In this document: positions 34,529-46,284 of the stretch, piece after piece
How positions within the stretch are numbered: position 1 is the first letter of the stretch
Layout of the letters: the number at the start of each line of letters is the position of its first letter
Assembly (NCBI GenBank): GCA_963810255.1
Contig: CAWEMT010000003.1
Location: forward strand, 784,958 to 848,957
DNA length: 64,000 bases
Reading direction: 5' to 3'
Source: an uncultured Alphaproteobacteria bacterium
GTDB taxonomy: Bacteria > Pseudomonadota > Alphaproteobacteria > Rhizobiales > Xanthobacteraceae
Position numbers and translations under genes: made by a program
The notes under the pieces: generated by a model
What the model was told of the DNA's origin: nothing
What the model saw: the letters and a program-made list of their open reading frames with translations, nothing else
Databases searched by the model: none

Positions 34529-35725
34529 TTACGCCCTTGGCATGACAGATGCTACTGTTTCGCGCATCGGCTGGTTAATCCGGCCGGCGCAGTCCAGCAC
34601 CACGGCAGCGGCGCGATCGCTTGGAGCCGCCTTGCCGATGTCCATGATGGCATCGAGCCGGCCGAAGGCCTCGATCTGCCGCCGCCGCTCCGGGCCGTCG
34701 TGAAACAGCGGCACAAGGGCAGCGGCAAGCCGCTGCGGGGTGCAAGCGGCTTGCAGAAATTCAGGTATCAGCATCTCGCCCAGGACGATATTGGCGAGAA
34801 TGACGGTCTTGATCTTGATCAGCGTGCGGCCGACCGCCTCCTCGACCAGTGAGACCTTGTAGGCGGTGACCATGGGAACCCCGGCCAGCGCCAGTTCGAG
34901 CGTAGACGTCCCCGATTTGACAAGCGCCGCCCGCGCGGTGCGGAAAGCCCGATGCTTATCGTTTGCCTTGACCACTACGCGCGCCGGTACGCGCCAGCCC
35001 GCGACGGCCGCCTGCACGGCATCGGCCAGCCGCGGCACCGACGGCACCACCACCTCCAGCGCGCCGACCTGGTTTGCAACGAGCGCGAGGGCCTCGCCGA
35101 AAATCGGCGCCATCCGGCGAATTTCCTTGCCGCGGCTTCCCGGCAACACCAACAGCAGCGGGGGCTCTACGAGCCGGCGTTCGGCCTCCTCGGCGTTCGG
35201 CCGTAAATCGGTCAGATGTTCTATCAAGGGATGGCCGACATAAGTGCATGGCGGGCCGCCCAGATCGCGCATCACAACCGGTTCGAACGGCAGCAGCGCC
35301 ATGACGTGATCGACGTAGAGTTTCATGGCGCGGGCGCGGCCCGGCCGCCAAGCCCATACCGACGGACAGACGTAATCGACAATTTGGATTCCCGGAGCGC
35401 GAGCACGCACGCGCCGCGCCACGCGATGGGTGAATTCAGGGCTGTCGATGATGACCAGGACGTCGGGCTCGGCTGCCACCACCGCATCGGCGGTTTCGCG
35501 AATGCGGCGGAAGATTTTTGGCAGGTTCGAGACGATTGCGCCAAAGCCGATGATGGCGAGGTCGCCGAGCGGGAAAAGGCTCGGTACGCCGGCAGTTGCC
35601 ATCTGCGTCCCGCCGACGCCGGAAAAACGCGCGTCGGGGGCGCGCCGCCCGATCGCGGCGATCAGCGCGGCGCCGAGCCGGTCTCCCGATTCTTCGCCGG
35701 CGACCAGAAAAATATACGGGCTCAT
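34529..35725 (-). CDS. lpxB: lipid-A-disaccharide synthase
   Basis: 398 aa with an LpxB-like N-terminus (IFLVAGEESGD) and a position within the lpx cluster. Confidence 0.88.
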   Translation of the reverse strand: MSPYIFLVAGEESGDRLGAALIAAIGRRAPDARFSGVGGTQMATAGVPSLFPLGDLAIIGFGAIVSNLPKIFRRIRETADAVVAAEPDVLVIIDSPEFTHRVARRVRARAPGIQIVDYVCPSVWAWRPGRARAMKLYVDHVMALLPFEPVVMRDLGGPPCTYVGHPLIEHLTDLRPNAEEAERRLVEPPLLLVLPGSRGKEIRRMAPIFGEALALVANQVGALEVVVPSVPRLADAVQAAVAGWRVPARVVVKANDKHRAFRTARAALVKSGTSTLELALAGVPMVTAYKVSLVEEAVGRTLIKIKTVILANIVLGEMLIPEFLQAACTPQRLAAALVPLFHDGPERRRQIEAFGRLDAIMDIGKAAPSDRAAAVVLDCAGRINQPMRETVASVMPRA

Positions 35726-36594
35726 CGCGCGGGCTCTGCCGGCACGCCGACGGCGAATATTTTTGCGCGGTCGGCCGCCCGCACCAATTGTTCCGGCTGA
35801 GCTATGATGGTCGAGCCCGCGACCACCGCAATTCCGGCAAGCCCGGCGCGCGCGACACCCTCGACGGTCTGCGGACCGATTGATGGCAGATCGAAGCGCC
35901 GGTCCTGCCCAGGCTTTGGCGCCTTCACCAGCACGCCGGCGCCAAGCGGCGCCCGCAGGCGGCCACTGGCGCGCAATTCCGCCACCCGCGCGAGCATCTC
36001 ATCGGTTCCTTCGGCGGCTTCGACCGCCAGCACGTGGCGTCCGGCCACGACCACGGCTTGGCCGACGTCGAATGGGCCGGTCGCGCGCAGATAGTCGAGG
36101 CCTACCGCGATGTCGTCGCGCTCGCGCTCCGGCGGCTGAAAACGACCTAGCGCTCCGTCCGGCACTAGAATTTCGGGTGCAACTTCGTGAGCGCCGACGA
36201 CGCGAAATCCGTATTCTTCGAGCAGACGGCTGACGCCGCTCAGCAAATGGTCGTCGCCGCCGCGAAACGCCGCGATAATCCGCGGCATCGCCATCAGCGT
36301 ACGCCAATCCGGCCAGATTTGCCGCAGCGATGGCCGTACCATAGATCCAATGAAGACTACGTCGCGGCAGCCTACCGCACGCGCCGCCCGGTAAAACTTG
36401 CCGAACTGGCCCAAGCCGACCCACTCATGCAGGCGCCCGGCAAAACCCATCGGGTCGGCAAATCCATGCAACGGAAACAGCAAGACCTTGCGGCCGCGCG
36501 CCGAAACGAAATCCGCCACTGCCAGGGGCAGGCTGCCGCCACCGCACACGAGCGCAAGCGGGCCTTCCTGGCTCACGGTCGGCGCGACGGTCAT
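35722..36594 (-). CDS. lpxI: LpxI-family (DUF1009) UDP-2,3-diacylglucosamine hydrolase
   Basis: 290 aa. It lies between lpxA and lpxB with 4-nt overlaps on both sides, which is the alphaproteobacterial LpxI position. Confidence 0.75.
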   Translation of the reverse strand: MTVAPTVSQEGPLALVCGGGSLPLAVADFVSARGRKVLLFPLHGFADPMGFAGRLHEWVGLGQFGKFYRAARAVGCRDVVFIGSMVRPSLRQIWPDWRTLMAMPRIIAAFRGGDDHLLSGVSRLLEEYGFRVVGAHEVAPEILVPDGALGRFQPPERERDDIAVGLDYLRATGPFDVGQAVVVAGRHVLAVEAAEGTDEMLARVAELRASGRLRAPLGAGVLVKAPKPGQDRRFDLPSIGPQTVEGVARAGLAGIAVVAGSTIIAQPEQLVRAADRAKIFAVGVPAEPAR

Positions 36595-37406
36595 GCGCCC
36601 TCGTCGCCCCCGAAACGTCTGCCGCCCATGGTCAGTGGCCGTTTTCCGGCGCGGATGAAATCTATCATCTTGGCGACCAGCGCATCGCCGCCATAATCGC
36701 CGGCAACGCGCTCAAGCCGGGCGCGGAATTCACCGCCGCCGAAAAACAATGCCTGGTAGGCCTCGCGATAGCGTTGGATTTCGATCTTGGCAAATCCGCG
36801 CCGGCGCATACCGATCACGTTGAGACCGACCAAATGCGCAAGCGGACCGTGCACGGTCCCCCATGGAATGACGTCGGCGCGCGCGCCGCTCAAACCGACG
36901 ATCAGCGCACCTTCACCGATGCGCACGAACTGGCGCACCGCCGCGCCACCACCGAACAACACGTGGTCACCGACGGTGACGTGGCCGGCGAGCAGAACAT
37001 TGTTGGAGAATGTCACGTTGTTGCCGACCCTACAGTCGTGCGCAACATGGGTGCCAACCATCAGGAAACAGTGGTCGCCGACTTCGGAGATGCCGCCGCC
37101 GTCTTCGGTGCCGATATTCATGGTGACGTTTTCGCGGATGTCGCAGTCCGCGCCGACGACCAGTCGCGTCGCCCCGCCGCGGTAATGCACTGATTGCGGC
37201 GGCGAGCCGAGCGAGGCGAAAGGATAGATGACCGTGCGCGCGCCAATCGCGGTGTGGCCGGCGAGATTGACATGAGCCACGAGCCGGCAGCCGTCGCCGA
37301 CCGTGACATGCGGCCCGATAGTGCAATAGGGACCGATCGAAACGTCGCGCCCTATTTTCGCCCCGGCCTCGATGCGCGCCGAGGCATCGATCATGGGCGC
37401 GTTCAT
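36591..37406 (-). CDS. lpxA: acyl-ACP--UDP-N-acetylglucosamine O-acyltransferase
   Basis: The start at 37406 ([13 protein letters not shown]...) forms an ATGA overlap with the fabZ stop. Hexapeptide repeats are present. 271 aa. Confidence 0.9.
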   Translation of the reverse strand: MNAPMIDASARIEAGAKIGRDVSIGPYCTIGPHVTVGDGCRLVAHVNLAGHTAIGARTVIYPFASLGSPPQSVHYRGGATRLVVGADCDIRENVTMNIGTEDGGGISEVGDHCFLMVGTHVAHDCRVGNNVTFSNNVLLAGHVTVGDHVLFGGGAAVRQFVRIGEGALIVGLSGARADVIPWGTVHGPLAHLVGLNVIGMRRRGFAKIEIQRYREAYQALFFGGGEFRARLERVAGDYGGDALVAKMIDFIRAGKRPLTMGGRRFGGDEGA

Positions 37407-37858
37407 GCGTCTGAAATCACGGCGCCGACCTCGGCTTCGGCGACGATCTGGCCGGCCACTTTGGCCACGCCGCGATACCACCACATCATTTTGCGCTGCG
37501 CGATGCGCGTCATGTGGAATTCGACGGTGTCGCCCGGCACCACCGGCTTGCGGAATTTCGCCTTGTCGATGGTGAGGAAGAATACCGGTCGCTGCCGCAT
37601 CCCGTTCGCGGCAAGGCAAAGCACACCCGCGGTCTGCGCCATGCCCTCGATCAACAGGACACCGGGAAACACCGGATTGTCGGGAAAGTGGCCCTGGAAA
37701 TGCGGCTCGTTGAAGGTGACGTTTTTGATACCGATACCCTGCTCGTCGCCACGGATGTCGATGACCCGATCGACCATCAGAAACGGATAGCGGTGCGGCA
37801 GCATTTTGAGAATCGCCGCGATGTCGGCCGCCTCGACTTTGCTCACCACTTTATCCAT
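37403..37858 (-). CDS. fabZ: 3-hydroxyacyl-ACP dehydratase FabZ
   Basis: The start at 37858 ([13 protein letters not shown]...). Motifs [13 protein letters not shown] and [12 protein letters not shown] are present. 151 aa. Confidence 0.92.
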   Translation of the reverse strand: MDKVVSKVEAADIAAILKMLPHRYPFLMVDRVIDIRGDEQGIGIKNVTFNEPHFQGHFPDNPVFPGVLLIEGMAQTAGVLCLAANGMRQRPVFFLTIDKAKFRKPVVPGDTVEFHMTRIAQRKMMWWYRGVAKVAGQIVAEAEVGAVISDA

Positions 37859-37868
37859 GGCTACGGCC

Positions 37869-38919
37869 TTAATCTTCCGCAGGCGATTTCGCGCCGCCTT
37901 TCCGTGCGAGCCTGGCAAGTGCCGCGACCTCACGGAACCACAGCTTCACCGGCTTGGCCGGCGTACCACCCCAGCGCGCGCCAGCCGGCACGTTGGCGTG
38001 CACATTACTCGTGGCGGCAAGCTGCGCCCCCTCCCCGATCGTCACATCGTTGCTCACGCCGACACGGGCTCCCAGCACCACGAAGTCTTCCAACGTCGAT
38101 GTGCCCGAAATACCCGTTTGCGCGACCAGAATGCAATGCCGGCCGATATTGGCATTGTGACCTACCTGCACCTGGTTGTCGATCTTGGTACCCTCGCCGA
38201 TCACGGTGTCGCGGATGGCGCCGCGGTCGATGGTCGTGTTGGCGCCGATTTCCACCTCATCCTGAATGATAACACGTCCGACCTGGGGAACTTTAAGATG
38301 GCGCTGTCCTTCCATCACGAAGCCGAAGCCGTCTTGACCGATGCGGCAGCCGGTATGAACGATGACGCGGTCAGCCGATGAGGGCGTTGCTGATTGTGGT
38401 GCCGGCGCCGATCGAACAGTCACGCCCGATACGCACTTCGGGCCCGATGACGGCATTGGCACCAATCACGGTGCCGGAGCCGATTTCAGCTGTTGCGCCG
38501 ATGACCACACCGGGCTCGACGGCAACCCCGTTTTCTAGCCGGGCTGTCGGATGCACTTGGGCGCCGGCCAAGTCGTCCGCCGGGTAGAGTGACGATGGCC
38601 GCTGGGCATGCGGGTACAATGCGCGGGCCACCGCAACGAAGGCCCGATAAGGATCCTTCACGACCAGCGCCACAACGTGCCGCGGCAACCCCGGCGCCAA
38701 TGCGGCGGATGTCAGGCAGGCCCCGGCATGGGTAACGGCTGCCGCGCCCGCAAAGCGGTTATGTTCAAAAAAGGTAATGTCGTCGGGTCCCGCGCGGTCG
38801 AGCGGCGCTATATTAAAAATCATCCGCGCGGACGCCGGTGGACGATCGGCGCCTGTCAAGCTCGCGATCTCGCCAAGACCGAGACCGCGGGTGTGTCTTA
38901 AAAATACCGGCTCGCTCAT
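37869..38919 (-). pseudogene. lpxD: UDP-3-O-acylglucosamine N-acyltransferase LpxD split by a +1 frameshift
   Basis: The N-terminal ORF (38371-38919) ends ...[11 protein letters not shown]. The C-terminal ORF continues [18 protein letters not shown].... On the coding strand this reads atc ggc [t] gac cgc, with the surplus nt at about 38373. Removing it gives 349 aa. Confidence 0.85.
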
Positions 38920-38977
38920 GCCGCTCGTGTCTGACCCGTGCAGACCAAATCGGTGCCGTTTCAGTCCGCGGCCAAGG

Positions 38978-41458
38978 TCAGAACTTGGTGCCGCCGCTGA
39001 ACCGGAAGAATTGCGTGCGGTCGTAGCTTTCCTTCGTAAGCGGGTAAGCTAAATCGAAGCGTAGCGGACCGAGCGGCGAATCCCAGATAAAGCTGACGCC
39101 CGCCGACGAACGAACCGCGGCGCTGTCGGCGACAGTCAGTGTTTCGCCAGTCACACTCCACGTGGTCGGCCCCTTATAGTCCCACAGCGAACCCGCATCC
39201 ACGAAGGCACCGACTTTGATGCCGACCTCCTTGGGGAGGAAATAAAGCGGGGTCTGCACCTCCAAGGTCGCGCCCCAATACAGGCTGCCGCCGAGCGAGT
39301 CGTTGGTGGTGCCGGCCGTCAAGTCGCGCGGACCGAAGCCGGACGGCTCGAAGCCGCGGACCAGATTTGGTCCCATCTGGAAATGATCCAGCATCCGCAG
39401 GTCCTTGCTGCCCCAACCGGCGACATGACCGCCTTGCACCCTGAACAAGCCGACGACGTCCGAAATCACCTCGTAGTAGGCGCGCGCATCGAATGTCGTA
39501 CGAATGAAATTAACGTCGCCGCCGACGCCGGCGAAATCCTGGGTCAACTTAGCGAAAACGCCGCTGGTCGGCGAAGTGTTGCTATCGAGCGTGTTGTAGG
39601 CCAGCGAATAGCCGACCAGCGAAACCAGCACCGGCCCGCTTGCCAGTTCCATGCGGACAGGAAGCGAGGCTTCGCCATTGGCATAACAGCCGTTCGGCAC
39701 GTTGACGATCGTGTCTAATCCAGCCGCTTCGTTGGTCGGGTTTACACCCGGACCGCCGTTGCTCGGCGTCAGGCTCGAAAATTGGCAGTCATTGAGATAA
39801 TCGTTCAGGTTGATCTTTTGCTGATAGATCGAATAGTGCGGCTGCAGTGCAATTTCCTCGGTCAGCGCAAAGCCGAGCCGCAGGTTCACGCCGATCGATT
39901 GTGTGTCGTAGGACACGTACGACGACGCTAAATTTTGCCGGGCAAAGACGTCGATGCCGCCGGCCATCCGATAGCCGAGCAGGTATGGCTCGACGAACGA
40001 CAGATCAAAGCCGCGGGTACGTTGGCCATAGCTCACCGACGCTTTGGCGAATTGACCGCGGCCCATAAGATTGCGGTCCGCGACGCTGGCCTCGGAGATG
40101 AATCCGTCCGCGGTTGAATATCCGCCGGAGATAGAGAACTCGCCGGTCGGCTTTTCCTCGACGTTCACGTCGATGACGACACGATCCGGCGCCGATCCCG
40201 GCTCGTTGGTGATCTTGACCGACTTGAAGAAATTCAGGTTCTTCAGCCGCCGTTCGGCTCGGTCGATCAGCGCGCGATTATAGGCATCGCCTTCGCCGAT
40301 ATCGAATTCACGCCGGATTACGTAGTCGCGGGTACGGGTATTGCCGCGGATATTGATGCGCTCGATATAGGCGCGCGCGCCCTCCTCAACCACGAAGACG
40401 AGATTGATTTTCTTGGTTTGGAAATTGCGATCGCCGCGCGGCCGCACGGCGGCAAAGGCAAAACCACGCTTGGCCGCCTCGACGGTCATCGCTTCGACGC
40501 TCTTCTCAACCAGATCGGCATTGTAGATGCTGCCGGAGCTGAGCTTGATCGCGCCGCGTAGCGAGCTCGGCGCGATAGCGTGCACGTTCGACACTACGTC
40601 GACGGTACCGACGCGGTATTGGCTGCCTTCATCGATGGTGAAGGTGATGATGAAGCCCTTTTGGGCTGGATCGTATTCGCCGACCGCCGAAACGATACGG
40701 ACGTCGGCATAACCGTATTTCAGATAGAAGCGACGCAACAGATCGCGGTCGGCTTCAACGCGGTCGGGATCGTAAATGTCAGTGGATTGAAGGAAGCTCA
40801 GCCAATTGCTGACGTTGGTCTTGATGACGCGCTTGAGTCGGTTGCTCGAGTACGCGTGCGCGCCGATGAAGCGGATTTCCTTGACGCCGGTCTTTTGGCC
40901 TTCGGTAATCTCGAAAACCAGATTGACCCGGTTGTTCGGCAAATCAATGATCTTCGGCACGACCATCACGTCGAAGCGGCCGCTGCGATGATAGATTTCG
41001 ACGATGCGCTGTACGTCGGCCTGCACGGTCGGCTTCGACAGTGTGCCGCGCGGCTTTGATTGAAGCTCGGCCTTGAGCTGTTCGTCCTTGGCCTTTTTGT
41101 TGCCCTCGAAGGCGACCTCATTGATGACGCGGTTTTCCACGACCCGAACCACAATCCGGCCGCCGACCGGATTGATCGTGACCTCTTCAAATAGTCCGGT
41201 GGCGTAAAGCGCCTGGTAGGCTTCGTTGATCTCGGCCGGACCGATGTGGCCGCCAGGACCCGGCCTGAGATAAGACCGGATGGTATCGGCCTCCACGCGC
41301 CGGTTGCCCTCCACCACGATCGAATTGCAATTCTGCGCAGCGGCGACGCCTGCGGACGCTACCGATACGCATGTCACGCCAGCCGCGCCGACAAGCAGCC
41401 CGCCAAGCACCAAACAGCAAAGGGCCAGCCCGCGGGCCGCCCGCGCAATAAGTCCCAT
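38978..41458 (-). CDS. bamA: outer membrane protein assembly factor BamA
   Basis: 826 aa with a signal sequence, POTRA repeats and a C-terminal beta-barrel ending ...FRFSGGTKF. Confidence 0.92.
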   Translation of the reverse strand: MGLIARAARGLALCCLVLGGLLVGAAGVTCVSVASAGVAAAQNCNSIVVEGNRRVEADTIRSYLRPGPGGHIGPAEINEAYQALYATGLFEEVTINPVGGRIVVRVVENRVINEVAFEGNKKAKDEQLKAELQSKPRGTLSKPTVQADVQRIVEIYHRSGRFDVMVVPKIIDLPNNRVNLVFEITEGQKTGVKEIRFIGAHAYSSNRLKRVIKTNVSNWLSFLQSTDIYDPDRVEADRDLLRRFYLKYGYADVRIVSAVGEYDPAQKGFIITFTIDEGSQYRVGTVDVVSNVHAIAPSSLRGAIKLSSGSIYNADLVEKSVEAMTVEAAKRGFAFAAVRPRGDRNFQTKKINLVFVVEEGARAYIERINIRGNTRTRDYVIRREFDIGEGDAYNRALIDRAERRLKNLNFFKSVKITNEPGSAPDRVVIDVNVEEKPTGEFSISGGYSTADGFISEASVADRNLMGRGQFAKASVSYGQRTRGFDLSFVEPYLLGYRMAGGIDVFARQNLASSYVSYDTQSIGVNLRLGFALTEEIALQPHYSIYQQKINLNDYLNDCQFSSLTPSNGGPGVNPTNEAAGLDTIVNVPNGCYANGEASLPVRMELASGPVLVSLVGYSLAYNTLDSNTSPTSGVFAKLTQDFAGVGGDVNFIRTTFDARAYYEVISDVVGLFRVQGGHVAGWGSKDLRMLDHFQMGPNLVRGFEPSGFGPRDLTAGTTNDSLGGSLYWGATLEVQTPLYFLPKEVGIKVGAFVDAGSLWDYKGPTTWSVTGETLTVADSAAVRSSAGVSFIWDSPLGPLRFDLAYPLTKESYDRTQFFRFSGGTKF

Positions 41459-41617
41459 GCGCTATGAGCCTTTTTCTTCTGTTTCGCCGCCCCCGCGAAG
41501 GATTCGGCAGGTTCTTGGGCTGACTTTAGTGAGCTTTTTACAGCGTTTTGAGGGCACTGCAAATGACCTTCCGTCCATTTTCCCCTTAAGCGTCAAAACG
41601 TTGCTCGAAGGCAACGG

Positions 41618-42769
41618 TCATGAGGTCGCGAGGTGGAGGATGTCATTAAAGGTTGCAAAAATCATCAACATCACAACGATCGCCAGCCCAATTCGGAAAC
41701 CAACCTCCTGCGCGCGCTCGGACAATGGCCGGCCGCGTACCGCTTCGATCGCATAGAACAAAAGGTGACCTCCATCGAGCAGAGGAATCGGGAACAAGTT
41801 CAGAAGCCCGATAGACACCGACAGCACTGCGGTCAGATGGATGAGTGCGACAAAACCCGCCGTCGCCACCTCGCCGGAAACCTGCGCGATGCGGATAGGA
41901 CCGCCGAGCTGATCGGCCGCTTCACGGCCCGTAAAGACGCCGCCGATGTATGACAACGTGCGGTCGACGACAAACCAAGTCTCCTGCGCCCCGGCGATAA
42001 TCGCCGTAATCGGCCCCATTTTCTCCGTCTTGATATCGCTAGGCGCCATCGAGCGGCTGATGCCTAGCACCCCAAGCCGGTGCACGTTGCCAAAGCGATC
42101 CTTGATCTCCTTGAGCTGCGGCGTCGCCTTCAGCGACACAGGCACGCCGCCGCGCTCGACCGAGATCGTCAGCGGCTCGCCGGAACTGATGCTGACGATC
42201 CGCTGCATGTCGGCAAAATTTTCAATCTTTTGACCGTTGATCGACTGCACGACATCGCCCGGCTTGAAGCCTGCAGTTGCCGCCGCGCTTTGCGGTTGCA
42301 CGGTGTCGACCCGCGCGCTCGTCGTCTGCTTGCCGACAATCATGAAAATGCCGGCAAATATGAGGATCGCGAGGATGAAATTGGCGATCGGGCCGGCAGC
42401 CACGACGGCGGAGCGTGCACCCGCCGGCTGGAACATGAAGCTGTCTTTTTTGTCGTCTTCGGACATCGTAGCGGCGGCGGCTTGATCGGGCACGCTCGCG
42501 GCATTGTCGTCACCGAAGAATTTCACATAGCCGCCGAGTGGTACGGCGGCTATTTTCCAGCGCGTGCCGTAGCGGTCGTAGAATCCGACGATTTCGGGCC
42601 CGAAGCCGATCGAGAAGGCCAACACCTTGATGCCGCACCAGCGAGCCACAAGAAAATGGCCAAGCTCGTGGAAAAAAACGACGATGGTCAGTACGAACAG
42701 AAACGGAACGATATAGCCGACTAGGCCTCCGCCGAAGGCGCTTAACCCCGCCATAAAGTCAAAATGCAT
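41618..42769 (-). CDS. rseP: RIP zinc metalloprotease RseP
   Basis: 383 aa with HELGHFLVAR (HExxH), a PDZ region and the LDGG motif. Confidence 0.9.
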   Translation of the reverse strand: MHFDFMAGLSAFGGGLVGYIVPFLFVLTIVVFFHELGHFLVARWCGIKVLAFSIGFGPEIVGFYDRYGTRWKIAAVPLGGYVKFFGDDNAASVPDQAAAATMSEDDKKDSFMFQPAGARSAVVAAGPIANFILAILIFAGIFMIVGKQTTSARVDTVQPQSAAATAGFKPGDVVQSINGQKIENFADMQRIVSISSGEPLTISVERGGVPVSLKATPQLKEIKDRFGNVHRLGVLGISRSMAPSDIKTEKMGPITAIIAGAQETWFVVDRTLSYIGGVFTGREAADQLGGPIRIAQVSGEVATAGFVALIHLTAVLSVSIGLLNLFPIPLLDGGHLLFYAIEAVRGRPLSERAQEVGFRIGLAIVVMLMIFATFNDILHLATS

Positions 42770-42820
42770 TACACCCTCATCCCCGGTTCAGGCGTCCCAC
42801 GTCTTGCCGCAAAAAGCTTT

Positions 42821-44020
42821 CTAGAATGCCTTTACGGCAATTTCGGGCAAGAGGTCCCGAGCTAGACTTCTTGTAACATGGTCAATGTTGAGAGCGGCAT
42901 CGATTTCGGCCGGTTCGGCCATGAGGCCCCGCTTACCGGCTGCCTCCAGCGTCATTTCCACCAGCGCGGCGATTGCCGAAAAGCCTATACGGCCGGCGAT
43001 AAATTCGCCCACCGCAACCTCGTTGGCGGCATTGAGTACCGTCGTCGCGCCGCCGCCCGCCTCCAAGGCGCGCCAAGCCAGCGCCAAGGCGGGAAACCGC
43101 TCCAGATCGGGCGCTTCGAAGGTCAATTCGCGCACTTTGGCGAGATCGAGCCGTGCGGCCGGGCCGTCAATTCGGCGCGGCCAAGCCAGGCAATGCGCAA
43201 TCGGGATGCGCATGTCGGGCGAGCCGAGTTGGGCGACCACCGAGCCGTCGCGGAACTCGACCATGCCATGAATGACCGACTGCGGATGCACCACGACATC
43301 GAGCTCTTGCGGTGGCAACGAAAACAAGTGGTGGGCTTCGACCAGTTCGAGCCCCTTGTTCATCATCGTCGCCGAATCGACGGTGATCTTCGGTCCCATC
43401 GACCAATTTGGGTGGCGCAAGGCTTGCTCGAGCGTCGCTGCCCGGATCGCCTGCGCCGACCAGGTGCGGAACGGCCCGCCGGATGCCGTCAAGATCACCT
43501 TCTTGACGTCTTCGCGGTTGCCGGCGCCGAGGGCCTGGAAGATCGCGTTGTGTTCTGAATCGACCGGCAGCACGGTGGCGCCCGCATTGGCGGCGGCGCG
43601 CATGAACAGCGCGCCGGCGCAAACAAGACACTCTTTGTTGGCGAGCGCGACCGTCGCGCCCCGCTCGATTGCGGCAAGTGTCGGCTTCAAGCCCACCGCG
43701 CCGCTGATCGCCGCCATCGTCCAATCGGCGGGACGCTGTGCGGCCTCGAGCAGCGCCGCTTCGCCCGCGGCGACTTCGATGTCAGTGCCAGCCAGTGCAT
43801 CCTTCAACGCGGCATAGGCGGCAGGTTCGGCAATCACGGCAAGGCGTGCACCAACGGCGCGCGCAACCTCGGCAAGTGCTGCGGCATTGCGCCCTGAGGC
43901 GACCGCTTCGACGCGGTATTTGTCGGGGTTGCGCTTGATCAGGTCGACGGTGCTCAAGCCGACCGAGCCGGTGGCGCCGAGGATCGTGACGCTGCGCGCG
44001 GCCACGCGGGTTGCGGTCAT
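42821..44020 (-). CDS. dxr: 1-deoxy-D-xylulose-5-phosphate reductoisomerase
   Basis: 399 aa with [14 protein letters not shown] and PVDSEH. Confidence 0.93.
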   Translation of the reverse strand: MTATRVAARSVTILGATGSVGLSTVDLIKRNPDKYRVEAVASGRNAAALAEVARAVGARLAVIAEPAAYAALKDALAGTDIEVAAGEAALLEAAQRPADWTMAAISGAVGLKPTLAAIERGATVALANKECLVCAGALFMRAAANAGATVLPVDSEHNAIFQALGAGNREDVKKVILTASGGPFRTWSAQAIRAATLEQALRHPNWSMGPKITVDSATMMNKGLELVEAHHLFSLPPQELDVVVHPQSVIHGMVEFRDGSVVAQLGSPDMRIPIAHCLAWPRRIDGPAARLDLAKVRELTFEAPDLERFPALALAWRALEAGGGATTVLNAANEVAVGEFIAGRIGFSAIAALVEMTLEAAGKRGLMAEPAEIDAALNIDHVTRSLARDLLPEIAVKAF

Positions 44021-44024
44021 GCCG

Positions 44025-44879
44025 TCACCATATCAACAGGCCGCGCGCGGCGCCGTCGAAGCCGCCGCGCGACAATCCAATCACGCAACCGGCGAAGGCC
44101 GCCGCCCAGAAGCCGTCGAGCCGGTCCATCACGCCGCCGTGCCCCGGGATGATGCCGCTAGCATCCTTGGCGCCGAATTTTCGTTTTACCCAGGATTCCA
44201 GCAGATCGCCGAGCTGCGCCGCCACCGAAAGCAGCAAGGCAACGACGGCGATCGCGACCGCATTGAACGATCCCGCAACCGCGGCGACTGTGAAGCCCAC
44301 GATGGTCGCGCCGAGCAATCCGGCAATCGCGCCGCTCCAGGTTTTATTCGGGCTGATGGCCGGCCACAGCTTCGGTCCGCCAAAGCTGCGCCCGGCAAAG
44401 TAGCCGAGGATGTCTGTCGTCCACACCACCGCGAACAACAACACCATCACGATAAACCCATACGCATTGTCTCCCCGTAGCAGCATCGGCGCCAGCAGCA
44501 TAGTCCCGGCGTAGCCGATGCCGGCGGTGATCCATAGCCGCCGACCGTCCGGCGCAAAAATCGTGGCGGCAAGCGCGCCGAGACCGACGACAAAGATCGC
44601 CACCAGTGGGCGTGCGCGCCAAACCACCAGATCGGCAACGGCGATCGCGCTGGCGCAGGACGAAAGCATCAGCCGGTGGCCGGGGCCCGCGACCAATCTG
44701 GTCCATTCCCACAACACGGCGATGCTGGCCGCACCCCAAAAAAGCGCAAAGACCCAGCCTCCGATATACGCCGCCAGCAAGGCCAGCGGCGCCAGGACTA
44801 AGGCCGAGACGATGCGGAGCGAGAGATTGTTCCCGTACGACCTTGCCCTTGCGCTGTCAGCGGGATCGGCCTTGGCCAC
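44025..44879 (-). CDS. cdsA: phosphatidate cytidylyltransferase
   Basis: The C-terminal CdsA signature is [28 protein letters not shown] prefer a GTG start at 44879, just after the uppS stop. The track start at 44996 overlaps uppS. Confidence 0.85.
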   Translation of the reverse strand: MAKADPADSARARSYGNNLSLRIVSALVLAPLALLAAYIGGWVFALFWGAASIAVLWEWTRLVAGPGHRLMLSSCASAIAVADLVVWRARPLVAIFVVGLGALAATIFAPDGRRLWITAGIGYAGTMLLAPMLLRGDNAYGFIVMVLLFAVVWTTDILGYFAGRSFGGPKLWPAISPNKTWSGAIAGLLGATIVGFTVAAVAGSFNAVAIAVVALLLSVAAQLGDLLESWVKRKFGAKDASGIIPGHGGVMDRLDGFWAAAFAGCVIGLSRGGFDGAARGLLIW

Positions 44880-44883
44880 GGGA

Positions 44884-45642
44884 TCAGGATCCGGTCTTGA
44901 CGACCAAGCCGCCGAACCGCCGCTCGCGCTGCTGGTAGTCGCGGATTGCCGCCTCCAGTACCGCGCGATCGAAGTCGGGCCAATAGGTCGGCACAAACAC
45001 GAGCTCGCTATAGGCCGACTGCCAGAGCAAAAAATTCGACAGCCGCTGCTCGCCGCTGGTGCGGATCACGAGATCGGGCTCCGGAATATCCGGCGCGTCC
45101 AGAGCGCCGGCGAGGCGCGCCATGGTGACATCGGCCGGCTTGATCAGCCCCTGCTCGACCTGTTGGGCCAGGCGGCGCGCCGCACGGGTAATCTCCTGAC
45201 GCGCGCCGTAGTTAAAGGCGACGACGAGCGTGAGGCCGTCGTTGTCCTTGGTAAGCTCCTCCGCTTCGAGTAGGAGCCGGGCAATATCGGCTTCGAGCCC
45301 TTCGCGCTCGCCGATAATGCGCACACGCACATTACTCTTGTGTAATTCGGCCAGATCGTTGCGCACAAAACGGCGCAACAGGCCCATGAGTTCCCCGATT
45401 TCGCTCGCCGGACGCGTCCAGTTTTCCGCGCTGAAGGAAAAGATGGTGATGAACTTGATGCCCATCTCGCCAGCGGCGCGGATCGTGCGTCGCAGGGCTT
45501 CGACGCCGCGGCGGTGACCTTCCCCGCGCGGCAGACCCCGCGCGGCTGCCCAGCGGCCGTTGCCATCCATGATGATGGCGACGTGACGCGGCACCGTGTC
45601 GAACGACGGTTCGGCCTCCTGCGGAGCTTCAATCTCGGGCAT
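44884..45642 (-). CDS. uppS: isoprenyl transferase (undecaprenyl diphosphate synthase)
   Basis: 252 aa with [13 protein letters not shown] and [15 protein letters not shown]. Confidence 0.93.
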   Translation of the reverse strand: MPEIEAPQEAEPSFDTVPRHVAIIMDGNGRWAAARGLPRGEGHRRGVEALRRTIRAAGEMGIKFITIFSFSAENWTRPASEIGELMGLLRRFVRNDLAELHKSNVRVRIIGEREGLEADIARLLLEAEELTKDNDGLTLVVAFNYGARQEITRAARRLAQQVEQGLIKPADVTMARLAGALDAPDIPEPDLVIRTSGEQRLSNFLLWQSAYSELVFVPTYWPDFDRAVLEAAIRDYQQRERRFGGLVVKTGS

Positions 45643-45651
45643 TAATCGACC

Positions 45652-46215
45652 TCAGACCGTGAGGATCTCCTTTTCTTTGGCCGCGAGCATATGATCGATT
45701 TCCGCGATGCCGGCGTCGGTCGCTTTCTGAATATCCGTGGAAAAGCGATCGTGATCGTCTTTGCTGATCTTGTGGTCCTTCTCGAGTTTTTTGATTGCGT
45801 CCATAGCGTCGCGGCGCACGTGGCGCACCGCCACCCGCGCAGCCTCGGCATATTTGTGCGCGACCTTGACCAGTTCCTTGCGCCGCTCCTCATTGAGCTC
45901 AGGGATGCGCAGGCGAATAACCTGACCTTCGGTCGCCGGCGAAAGGCCGAGATTGGAATTGACGATCGCCTTTTCCACCGCATGGATGAGCGAACGGTCC
46001 CAGACATTGACGGAAATCAGCCGCGACTCCGGTACGCTGACGGTTGCCACCTGGCTGAGCGGCATCTGTGAACCATAGGCGTCGACCATCACTGGGTCGA
46101 GTAAATGCGCCGATGCCCGCCCTGTGCGCAGACCCGACAATTCGGTCTTGAGCACGCCACTGGCGCCCTGCATGCGGCGTTTAACTTCATTGATATCATG
46201 CGTTGCGTTTGTCAT
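45652..46215 (-). CDS. frr: ribosome recycling factor
   Basis: 187 aa with typical Frr sequence. Confidence 0.93.
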   Translation of the reverse strand: MTNATHDINEVKRRMQGASGVLKTELSGLRTGRASAHLLDPVMVDAYGSQMPLSQVATVSVPESRLISVNVWDRSLIHAVEKAIVNSNLGLSPATEGQVIRLRIPELNEERRKELVKVAHKYAEAARVAVRHVRRDAMDAIKKLEKDHKISKDDHDRFSTDIQKATDAGIAEIDHMLAAKEKEILTV

Positions 46216-46284
46216 GGCGATCCCCCGAACACGACACCGTCATTTCTTGATGCGGGCCGGATCTCGTCTTTACGGAATCATGCA

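Noticed and set aside
38365-38380. Programmed +1 ribosomal frameshift (prfB-like) at ggc tga c in lpxD, and by extension at the other shift sites.
   Set aside because: There is no slippery P-site codon (GGC cannot re-pair in +1) and no upstream SD-like stimulator. The other six sites have no stop at the shift and share no common motif beyond a pyrimidine. Sequence error is the simpler explanation.
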